A stretch of 64,000 nucleotides of DNA, taken from contig NZ_CATNVC010000001.1 of NCBI RefSeq assembly GCF_951230135.1, positions 76,746 to 140,745 on the forward strand, in the 5' to 3' direction. The position numbers and the translations under genes were made by a program. Positions 56,706 to 64,000 of the stretch are shown one piece after another. Below the pieces are notes generated by a model. It had not been told where the DNA came from and searched no databases. It saw nothing but the letters and a program-made list of their open reading frames with translations. The stretch comes from Butyricicoccus sp. Marseille-Q5471 (GTDB lineage: Bacteria; Bacillota; Clostridia; Oscillospirales; Butyricicoccaceae). The first letter of the stretch is position 1, and each line of letters opens with the position of its first letter.

Positions 56706-57467
56706 TTACGCCTCCTCTTCTGCCGTTGTCCCGCCGCGGCAAAACAGTGCGACTGTAATGTTATCCCGTCCACCCGCCTCCAGCGCCAGGTTCAGCAGTG
56801 CATCCCCAGCGATTGCGAGCGTTTTTGAAGTATGCAGTGTCTGTGCAATTTGATCGTCTTCCACCATACCGGTGAGGCCGTCTGTACATAGAAGCAGGAT
56901 TTCCTCTGGATTCAGATGCACCTCAAACAAATCTCCGTCCACCGTCGGATCGACGCCGACCGCACGGGTAATCAGGTTTTTCTGCGGATGCGTGCGCGCC
57001 GCGGCCTCGGTAATTCGGCCCTGCCGGCGCATTTCCTCCACATAGGAATGGTCCTCGGTCAACTGGTGCAGCGTTTCGCCGTCAAATAGATAGGCGCGGC
57101 TGTCGCCGACATTGATAATCGTGACCTCCTCGCCCTTGACGAGCGCGGCGACCAGTGTTGTACCCATGCCACGGAATTCCGGCTGACGCTTGGCCAGCAT
57201 AAATACTGTGTCATTGGCACCGGTAAGCGCTTCGCTGAGCAGCTGCCGGCGTTTTTCACTTGCCAACTCGTCCGCCAGCGCCTCGCGGATGATTGCAACA
57301 AACGAGTCGGCGGCAAAGCGACTGGCCACGTTTCCCGCGTTGGCTCCGCCCATGCCATCGCACACAATCAGCAGTGCGGCAGCGTTTTTCTCGTTCGTCT
57401 CGATACGGTAAATGTCCTGATTGGTCGGGCGCACACGGCCCTTATCGGTCATACCGAACCATTCCAT
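56706..57467 (-). CDS. stp: PP2C-family Ser/Thr phosphatase (Stp/PrpC)
   Basis: Starts MEWFGMTDKGRVRPTNQD with DGMGG metal-binding motifs. ATG at 57467 has RBS GAGGTGA. Confidence 0.85.
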   Translation of the reverse strand: MEWFGMTDKGRVRPTNQDIYRIETNEKNAAALLIVCDGMGGANAGNVASRFAADSFVAIIREALADELASEKRRQLLSEALTGANDTVFMLAKRQPEFRGMGTTLVAALVKGEEVTIINVGDSRAYLFDGETLHQLTEDHSYVEEMRRQGRITEAAARTHPQKNLITRAVGVDPTVDGDLFEVHLNPEEILLLCTDGLTGMVEDDQIAQTLHTSKTLAIAGDALLNLALEAGGRDNITVALFCRGGTTAEEEA

Positions 57468-57483
57468 CTTGTCTTTCACCTCA

Positions 57484-58515
57484 TTACGGCGTTTGATTTA
57501 ACTCTCTTCTTCGCAGCTGTCCACAGGCCGCATCAATATCCGGCCCGAGTTTGCGGCGCACAGTCGCGGTCACACCGCGTTTTTCGAGCGCCTGCTGAAA
57601 CCGCCGCACACTCTCCTTAGTCGATGGCTGCAGCGGACTTTCCGCCACTTCATTGAGCGGAATCAGGTTGACATGCGACGGACGTCCCCGCAGCAGCTTT
57701 GCCAGTTTTTCGGCCTGCCACGGTTGATCGGTTTTATCGCGCGCCATCATGTACTCATATGAAATGCGGCGGCCGGTGGTATCGAAATAGTAATTGCAGG
57801 CTCGCATCAGCCGCTCGACGGGATACGCATCGTTAACCGGCATGATTGAGGAGCGTGTCTCATCGTCTGGTGCGTGCAGGGAAACAGATAAGGTAATCTG
57901 CAATTTTTCGCCTGCTAACTTTTCTATTTTATCAGCAATTCCACTCGTTGACAAGGAAATATGGCGCTGACCAATACAGATACCTTCTGGGCGAGTTACC
58001 AGATTTAGGAATTTGAGAACATTATCATAGTTATCAAGCGGCTCACCTGTGCCCATGAGCACAATATTGTTGATTTTTTCACCGCTGTCGCGCTGCATAA
58101 ATAAAACTTCATCCAAAATTTCTCCGGCCGATAGATGGCGTTTAAGCCCGCCAAGTCCCGATGCGCAGAATTTACAGCCCATGCGGCAGCCTACCTGTGT
58201 GGAAACGCAGGCCGTGTTGCCGTGCTCATAGTGCATCAGCACCGACTCAACACAGTCTCCATCCCGCATTTTCCAGAGGTATTTGACTGTACCGTCAACC
58301 TGAGATACCTGCTTGCACGCCACCTCGGGCACGGTCAGTAAAAAGTGCTCCGCCAGCTTTGCACGCAGCTCCTTCGAAATATTGGACATCTCTTCAAAGG
58401 ACTGCACGCCCTCGTGCAGCCATTTGAAGATCTGTCCGGCGCGGAAGGGCTTTTCGCCCATATCCTTCAGCGCGCTTTTCAGTTCTTCCAGCGTCAGGGA
58501 TTTGATTTCTGTCAT
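57484..58515 (-). CDS. rlmN: 23S rRNA (adenine2503-C2)-methyltransferase RlmN (radical SAM)
   Basis: CX3CX2C (CRMGCKFC) and the typical N-terminus (FRAGQIFKWL). Confidence 0.9.
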   Translation of the reverse strand: MTEIKSLTLEELKSALKDMGEKPFRAGQIFKWLHEGVQSFEEMSNISKELRAKLAEHFLLTVPEVACKQVSQVDGTVKYLWKMRDGDCVESVLMHYEHGNTACVSTQVGCRMGCKFCASGLGGLKRHLSAGEILDEVLFMQRDSGEKINNIVLMGTGEPLDNYDNVLKFLNLVTRPEGICIGQRHISLSTSGIADKIEKLAGEKLQITLSVSLHAPDDETRSSIMPVNDAYPVERLMRACNYYFDTTGRRISYEYMMARDKTDQPWQAEKLAKLLRGRPSHVNLIPLNEVAESPLQPSTKESVRRFQQALEKRGVTATVRRKLGPDIDAACGQLRRRELNQTP

Positions 58516-59861
58516 GCCTTTTTCCTCATTTTTGCGATAAAAAATCCATCCGTGCCGTGCAGGTGCGGCAACAGCGTCACCATGCCGTTTTCACGCGTTC
58601 CGCAGACCGGATGCGACCACGAAACCGCTTCAAAATCATCGTGCTCCGCAAGGAAGGCACGGACAACATCCTCATTTTCGCGCGCCAGAATCGTGCAGGT
58701 CGAGTAGACCAGCGTGCCGCCTGCTTTGACGTACTGCGCGCAGTTTTGCAGGATGGCTGACTGGATTACGGGCAGTCCCTCGATCTCGTGTTCGTCTTTG
58801 AAACGGATCTCAGGCTTTTTGCGGATGATGCCAAGACCCGAGCACGGCACGTCGCACAGCATAAAGTCGGCCTTGCCCTGCCATTCGGCGTTTGGTTTGG
58901 ACGCATCAGCCAGTGTGGGCCGCACATTGGTCAGCCCCAGACGCTGTGCACCGTCCGCGATTTTTTGCAGCTTGTGCTCATAAATATCGCACGAAATCAC
59001 CGTGCCGGTGTTCCGCATCCGCTCCGCCATGGCAAAGCTCTTGCCGCCCGGCGCGGCGCAGCAGTCAAGCACGAAGCTGTTTTCCGTGGGATCAACGACC
59101 GCCGCCGCGAGTGCGCTCGCCGCGTCCTGCACAGTCACACGTCCCTCGATAAACGCGGGAAGCGCCGCCACATCGCCGCCCGAAACAAGCAGAATCTCCG
59201 CAAAGGACGGATGCACCTCGACAGTCAGACCTGCCTGCACCAGCTCTGCCTGCGCATCGGCAGGTGTGGTTTTCAGCAGATTGACCCGTACCGAGGTCGG
59301 CGCGTCGGCATTGTTCGCCTGACAAATGCGCTCCGTTTCCTTTTGGCCGTACTGCGCGGACAGCAGCCGCACCAGCCACTCCGGATGGCTGTATTTGAGG
59401 GAGTAATAGCTTTCCTTGTCCGGGCAGTCAAGCACAGGCAGCGTGCCCTGCTGTACGGCTGCCGCGGCGCTGCGCAGCACACCATTGGCGAAGGATACGG
59501 TGCGCTCGTTTGCATGGCACCGGCGGCGCACCAGCTCGACGGTTTCAGAAACCGCCGCGTGTGAAGGTATTTTATCCATCAGCACCAGCTGATAAACGCC
59601 AAGCCGCAGGCAGGCCAGCACGCGCGGTGCAATCTTTTTGAGCCGCACCGAGGAAAAGCGACGCAAATAATAATCGCACAGCAGCTCGTTTTGCACCGTG
59701 CCATACAGCATGCGTGTAGCAAGTGCCGCATCGCGCGAATCGAGCTTTGCGCGGTTCAAATAATAATGCAGCGCTCCGTCCGACCACGCGCCCTCTTCGG
59801 CCATGGAAAACAGAGAAAACGCCGCAACCTCGCGCGGGGTGCGCGGACGAACATCAATCAT
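58512..59861 (-). CDS. rsmB: 16S rRNA (cytosine967-C5)-methyltransferase RsmB
   Basis: NusB-like N-terminus plus a Fmu/NOL1 MTase (DxCAAPGGK, PCSG). ATG at 59861 (MIDV...). The ORF-track extension is rejected. Confidence 0.85.
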   Translation of the reverse strand: MIDVRPRTPREVAAFSLFSMAEEGAWSDGALHYYLNRAKLDSRDAALATRMLYGTVQNELLCDYYLRRFSSVRLKKIAPRVLACLRLGVYQLVLMDKIPSHAAVSETVELVRRRCHANERTVSFANGVLRSAAAAVQQGTLPVLDCPDKESYYSLKYSHPEWLVRLLSAQYGQKETERICQANNADAPTSVRVNLLKTTPADAQAELVQAGLTVEVHPSFAEILLVSGGDVAALPAFIEGRVTVQDAASALAAAVVDPTENSFVLDCCAAPGGKSFAMAERMRNTGTVISCDIYEHKLQKIADGAQRLGLTNVRPTLADASKPNAEWQGKADFMLCDVPCSGLGIIRKKPEIRFKDEHEIEGLPVIQSAILQNCAQYVKAGGTLVYSTCTILARENEDVVRAFLAEHDDFEAVSWSHPVCGTRENGMVTLLPHLHGTDGFFIAKMRKKA

Positions 59862-60561
59862 CGCGTCTCCGTCCTCCGAAAAGCAGCAGCAGACGCAGCA
59901 GCTGCGCGAGCGAGGTTGCCAATGCGGCAACATAGGTCATCGCGGCGGCGGACAGCGTCTTTTTCGCCATCGGGTACTCGTCCGCCGTGAGCAGGCCGCC
60001 CTGCTCGATTGCGGACAACGCCCGATTGGAAGCGTTCAGCTCCACCGGCAGTGTGACCAGCTGAAAGATGGTCGACAACGCAAACGCCCAAATGCCGAGC
60101 TGAATAAACAGGTCGTTCGACAGGAAAATGCCGAGCAGCAGCAGCGGCCACGAAGCGGTTGAGCCGAACTGCGTCAGCGGTACAATCGCCGAGCGGATAC
60201 GGATGGGCACATAGCCGACCGCGTACTGCACAGCGTGCCCTGCTTCATGCGCGGCAACGCCGATTGACGCGACCGAGGTCGAGTCATACACCGAGTCTGA
60301 TAAGCGGATCACATTGCTTCGCGGGTCAAAGTGGTCGGTCAGATTGCCATGTACACGCTCAATGCGCACGTCACTGACACCGTTCTGACGCAGCACGGCA
60401 GCGGCGGCCTGCGCCCCGGTCAGTCCGCGCATGCTTCGCACGCCCGAATACTGGCGGAACGTCGAGCCGACCTTCATCTGCGCCCATGCCGCCAGAATGA
60501 TGCAGGGCACAATCAGCACCAGATAGTACATGTCGATTCCGTAAAAACCATAATAAGGCAT
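59854..60561 (-). CDS. Membrane zinc metallopeptidase (YugP-like, HExxH)
   Basis: HEAGHAV motif with flanking TM helices. Confidence 0.7.
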   Translation of the reverse strand: MPYYGFYGIDMYYLVLIVPCIILAAWAQMKVGSTFRQYSGVRSMRGLTGAQAAAAVLRQNGVSDVRIERVHGNLTDHFDPRSNVIRLSDSVYDSTSVASIGVAAHEAGHAVQYAVGYVPIRIRSAIVPLTQFGSTASWPLLLLGIFLSNDLFIQLGIWAFALSTIFQLVTLPVELNASNRALSAIEQGGLLTADEYPMAKKTLSAAAMTYVAALATSLAQLLRLLLLFGGRRRDD

Positions 60562-60574
60562 AACTTATCTCCTT

Positions 60575-61498
60575 TTATTCTCCGAGAACCGTTCCGGCTG
60601 CGACCGCGTGACCGCGCAGGAAGGCCGCACTATCCATCCGCTTGCCGCCGACCAGCTGAATATCGTCCAGACGGAGCGCACCCTCGCCGCAGGCAACAAC
60701 CAGCCCGGACTTGGGATCGCTCTTCAGCACCTCGCCCGGTGTGCCGCGCCCCTCGCACGGGGTAGCGGAGTAGAGCTTGATGCGCTCGCCCGTGAGCATG
60801 CTCAGCGCCACCGGCCAGGGGTTCAGGCCTCGAATCAGGCAGTCAATCTCCCGCGCGGTTTTTGACCAATCGACCACGGCAAGCTCCTTATTGAGCATGC
60901 TCGCGTAACAGCTTTGGCTGTCGTCCTGCGGCTGCGGGGTAATGGTATCGAGTTTGACGATGGTATCGGTCAGAAGTTCCGCACCCGCCGCCGCCAGACG
61001 GTCGAACAGCTCGCCTGCCGTCTCCCGCGCGCCGATTTCGGTTTCAAACTTCAGCAGCATATCGCCCGTATCCAGTCCCTCGGTCATCTGCATCGTCGTC
61101 ACGCCGGCTGTTTTGTCGCCTGCAATGACCGCCCATTGGATGGGCGCCGCCCCGCGCCAGCGCGGCAGGAGCGAGCCGTGCACGTTGATGCAACCGCGCG
61201 GCGGAATTTCAAGCACCGCCTTCGGCAGCAGCTTTCCATAGGCCACAACGACGATTAGTTCCGGGGCGAGCGTGCGAAGCTGCGCCTGCTCGTCCTCGTT
61301 TTTCAGTGTATTCGGCTGAAATACCGGAATGCCCTGCGCAAGCGCCAACGCCTTGACGGGTGGCGCGGTCAGCACCTGCTTGCGTCCCTGCGGCTTGTCG
61401 GGCTGGGTGTAAACCGCGCAGACCTCGTGCCCTGCGTCAATCAGCGCCTGCAGGCTCGGCACGGCAAAATCCGGCGTGCCCATGAAAACGATTCTCAT
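60575..61498 (-). CDS. fmt: Methionyl-tRNA formyltransferase
   Basis: Starts MRIVFMGTPDFAVPSL, with HGSLLPRWRGAAPI. Confidence 0.9.
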   Translation of the reverse strand: MRIVFMGTPDFAVPSLQALIDAGHEVCAVYTQPDKPQGRKQVLTAPPVKALALAQGIPVFQPNTLKNEDEQAQLRTLAPELIVVVAYGKLLPKAVLEIPPRGCINVHGSLLPRWRGAAPIQWAVIAGDKTAGVTTMQMTEGLDTGDMLLKFETEIGARETAGELFDRLAAAGAELLTDTIVKLDTITPQPQDDSQSCYASMLNKELAVVDWSKTAREIDCLIRGLNPWPVALSMLTGERIKLYSATPCEGRGTPGEVLKSDPKSGLVVACGEGALRLDDIQLVGGKRMDSAAFLRGHAVAAGTVLGE

Positions 61499-61995
61499 TC
61501 GCCGTCCGCCTCGTCTTCTGCCTGCAAGGCATCCATGTCGACATATTCCTCCACCTTTTCGGTGAACAGGTGGCCGTCGAGATGCTCGGTCTCATGGCAG
61601 AAGCACTGTGCTACCATGCCCTCGCCCTCGCGCTCAAACCAGTTGCCGTCGCGATCCTGCGCGCGAATCTTTGCCCATGTTGGGCGCGTGACATAGCCGT
61701 AAACGCCGGGAACGGACAGGCAGCCTTCGATGACCCGCTCTTCATCGCGCTTTTCGATGACTTCAGGATTGACAAGCTCAATCAGCTCTTCCGGCTCGGT
61801 ATTGACGTCGAGCAGTACAACCACGCGGCGCAGCACACCGACCTGCGGCGCGGCCAGGCCAACACCGCCCGAATTTTCGAGTGTCTCGCGCATGTCGTCA
61901 ATCAGCTGGTGCAGGCGATCGTCAAACTTTTCTACCTTGCGGCTGCGCTTGAGCAGCTGCTCATCACCCTGCGTTAAAATCTTGCGAAGTGCCAT
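61495..61995 (-). CDS. def: Peptide deformylase
   Basis: Motifs GVGLAAPQ, EGCLS and HETEHLDG. Confidence 0.9.
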   Translation of the reverse strand: MALRKILTQGDEQLLKRSRKVEKFDDRLHQLIDDMRETLENSGGVGLAAPQVGVLRRVVVLLDVNTEPEELIELVNPEVIEKRDEERVIEGCLSVPGVYGYVTRPTWAKIRAQDRDGNWFEREGEGMVAQCFCHETEHLDGHLFTEKVEEYVDMDALQAEDEADGE

Positions 61996-62045
61996 AATCG
62001 TGTTCTCCTTTTATCTAAAAAATGCAGTGTTTTCCGGATGTATTC

Positions 62046-64000
62046 CTATAAATCGGGGTTGCAGTCAGCAAAAAGTGTCACGCCGCGGTTCTTGCTGTCG
62101 GTCATGAACTCGCGAATCACGCCCGCAATCAGCTGTCTGCGCCGTGCGTTCTCCACGCCGCGCAGAGTCAAATGATAGCGATACCGCCCCATCACGCGCA
62201 CGACCTGCGCCGCCGCCGGTCCCAACACCGGCGCCTTCACGTCGGCATACTGACCCGCCATCAGGCTTTGCAGCCTTGTTTTGAGCGCGAGCAGTGAGGA
62301 CAGCACCTGCTGCTCAACCTCGCCCACCGCGGTCAGCACGAGCAAATCGGCCACCGGCGGACAACATAGCGCCTGCCGTGTTTCCAGTTCGGTTTCAAAG
62401 AATTTTTCATAATCCTGCCGCGCCGCAGTCAAAATCACCGAATGAGTCGGGCTGTATGTCTGGATAATCGCACGGCCTTCGTCAAACCGCCGCCCCGCGC
62501 GGCCGACTACCTGTGTGATGAGCGAAAAGGTGCGCTCCCGCGCACGGTAATCCTGCGCATATAGGCTTTGATCCGCGTCCAGCACGCCGACCAGCGTGAC
62601 GTTTTCAAAATCCAGCCCCTTGGTTACCATCTGTGTGCCGAGCAGGATGTCTGCCCCGCCCCGCCCAAACTGGCTGAGCAGCTTTTCATGGGCGTTTTTG
62701 GTGTTCATCGTGTCTGCATCCATACGCAGCACGCGGGCGTGCGGGAACTTCTCATGCAGTTCCTCCTCCACCTTCTGCGTGCCCGGTGTTTCGGTGAACA
62801 GCTCGCTGCCGCCGCACTGGGGACACGCGCCCGTCACCTTGACCGAAGCGCCGCAATAGTGGCACATCGCGCGACCGGACGCCGAATGGTAGGTCATTGT
62901 CGTCGAGCAGGAGGGGCACTCTGGCACCCACCCGCAGATTGCGCAGCCGATGACCCGGCTGTTGCCGCGGCGGTTGAGAAAGAGGATGGTCTGCTTGTGC
63001 GCTTCTAAGGTCCGCTCAATCTCCTCGGCGAGCTGCGAGCCAATCATGCCGGAATAGCCTTCTCGAGTCAGACCGCGCATGTCCGAAATCACAACCTCGG
63101 GCAGTGACGCGCCCATGAAACGCTCGGTCAGACGAAAAACAGGATATTTGCCCTGCTGCGCACCGTAATAGGTTTCCACCGATGGAGTTGCCGAACCCAG
63201 AACGAGCAGTGCTCCGTGTTGAGCAACGCGGTATTTCGCTATGTCCCGCGCGTGATAGCGCGGAGACTGCTCAGATTTATATGCGCCATCCTGCTCCTCG
63301 TCCACGATGAGCACACCGAGATTCTGAACCGGCGCGAAAACAGCCGACCGCGTGCCGATCACGACACGGGCGCGACCTGATTTAATCTTTTTAAAGCTGT
63401 CATACCGCTCGCCCACCGAAAGTGCTGAGTGTAAGACCGCAACCTCATCCCCAAACAGGCCGACGAACTGGCGCAGCACCTGCGGGGTCAGACCTATTTC
63501 CGGCACGAGCACAATCGCGCTTTTGCCGTCTGCCAATGCCTTCTCAATGAGCTTCAGGTACACCTGCGTCTTTCCGCTGCCGGTCACGCCGAATAACAGG
63601 GCGGCGCGGGGCGCGTTTTCGTCCATCAGCGGGGCAATCCCGTCGAACACCTCCTGCTGCGCATTGGACAGCACAGACGACGCGGCACGCGGAATTTCCG
63701 AAAAGTCAGGTGCACGCAGCCGTTCCTCATACCGCACGCACAGAAATCCCTTTTTTATCATATCTCGCACGGTCGCGTCCGACGCGCCGGTCATATAGCA
63801 AAGTTCCTTCTGGCTCATCTGCCCGCCGTCGCCCAAAACGGATATAATATCTGCCCGCACCGCACTTCGACCCGCGGCAACCCGCGCCATCGCCTGCTCG
63901 TATTCCATGTCAAGAGCAAGCATTTTTTCGGTCGCATCATTAGATTTGCGCGTGGTGTTGCTGTGATACGACAATACTCCCTCGGCGGTCAGTTCATCGA
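62046..64000 (-). CDS. priA: Primosomal protein N' (PriA helicase); 5' end probably beyond the right window edge
   Basis: Walker A GVTGSGKTQVY, DEEQD box and a Cys-rich zinc-binding insert (CGWVPECPSCS...CHYCG...CPQCG). The reading frame stays open from the TTG at 63974 to position 64000, and only about 110 aa precede Walker A. The 3'-DNA-binding N-domain therefore probably starts off-window. Confidence 0.85.
   Translation of the reverse strand, partial: DELTAEGVLSYHSNTTRKSNDATEKMLALDMEYEQAMARVAAGRSAVRADIISVLGDGGQMSQKELCYMTGASDATVRDMIKKGFLCVRYEERLRAPDFSEIPRAASSVLSNAQQEVFDGIAPLMDENAPRAALLFGVTGSGKTQVYLKLIEKALADGKSAIVLVPEIGLTPQVLRQFVGLFGDEVAVLHSALSVGERYDSFKKIKSGRARVVIGTRSAVFAPVQNLGVLIVDEEQDGAYKSEQSPRYHARDIAKYRVAQHGALLVLGSATPSVETYYGAQQGKYPVFRLTERFMGASLPEVVISDMRGLTREGYSGMIGSQLAEEIERTLEAHKQTILFLNRRGNSRVIGCAICGWVPECPSCSTTMTYHSASGRAMCHYCGASVKVTGACPQCGGSELFTETPGTQKVEEELHEKFPHARVLRMDADTMNTKNAHEKLLSQFGRGGADILLGTQMVTKGLDFENVTLVGVLDADQSLYAQDYRARERTFSLITQVVGRAGRRFDEGRAIIQTYSPTHSVILTAARQDYEKFFETELETRQALCCPPVADLLVLTAVGEVEQQVLSSLLALKTRLQSLMAGQYADVKAPVLGPAAAQVVRVMGRYRYHLTLRGVENARRRQLIAGVIREFMTDSKNRGVTLFADCNPDL

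Noticed and set aside
54717-56828. 703-aa plus-strand ORF antisense to prkC, and similar antisense ORFs in rsmB, the Ca-ATPase, purB, metN and floT (for example 58788..59564, 24284..25180, 50270..51367, 45061..46065, 31773..32702)
   Set aside because: Antisense shadows of strongly supported genes, with Arg/Ala/Gly-rich translations and no start context.
1-64000. CRISPR arrays, IS elements, integrases, toxin-antitoxin pairs or phage genes
   Set aside because: None seen. No direct-repeat arrays and no transposase or integrase-like ORFs. All larger ORFs are assignable to housekeeping families.
63975-64000. The TTG start of priA at 63974
   Set aside because: The SD GAGGGAG is only 2 nt from the TTG, and the frame stays open to the window edge. 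The gene more likely starts upstream of position 64000.

Overview
This window looks like a high-GC Clostridia-type chromosomal segment (sporulation sigma factor, PrkC/Stp, YajC-SecDF, a SCIFF peptide, a fabK-containing type II FAS cluster). It is densely packed with housekeeping operons, mostly on the minus strand. In order: a partial ThrE-family exporter (runs off the left edge), cls, an M24 peptidase, DegV, an AraC regulator, a cytidylate-kinase-like protein, livFGMHK (branched-chain amino acid ABC transporter), a MarR regulator with a heterodimeric ABC exporter, an HD hydrolase, a SpoIIM-like membrane protein and a ProC-like Rossmann protein. Next to yajC sits an unannotated 47-aa SCIFF (six-Cys) ranthipeptide precursor with its rSAM/SPASM maturase. 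Then come a sigK-like sporulation sigma factor, an FAH hydrolase, a Cys-rich hypothetical protein, TetR, a Ca2+ P-type ATPase, an aldo/keto reductase, a small-ORF cluster, a solitary tRNA-Gln, a cupin, typA, ridA, DUF1653, a nfeD-flotillin operon divergent from an XRE regulator, and a complete FAS/ACC cluster (fabH-fabK-fabG-fabF-accB-fabZ-accC-accD-accA-acpP with divergent fabD). The right third holds metNIQ preceded by a Met/Cys-rich leader ORF plus an intrinsic terminator (a candidate peptide-mediated attenuator), then nrdR, a sugar-phosphate isomerase, secDF, purB, an aspartate aminotransferase, thiN-rsgA-prkC-stp-rlmN-rsmB, a Zn metallopeptidase, fmt, def and priA (which runs off the right edge). 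No CRISPR arrays, rRNAs or obvious mobile elements were seen. Many ORF-track starts are over-extended; corrected starts are given where an RBS supports them.
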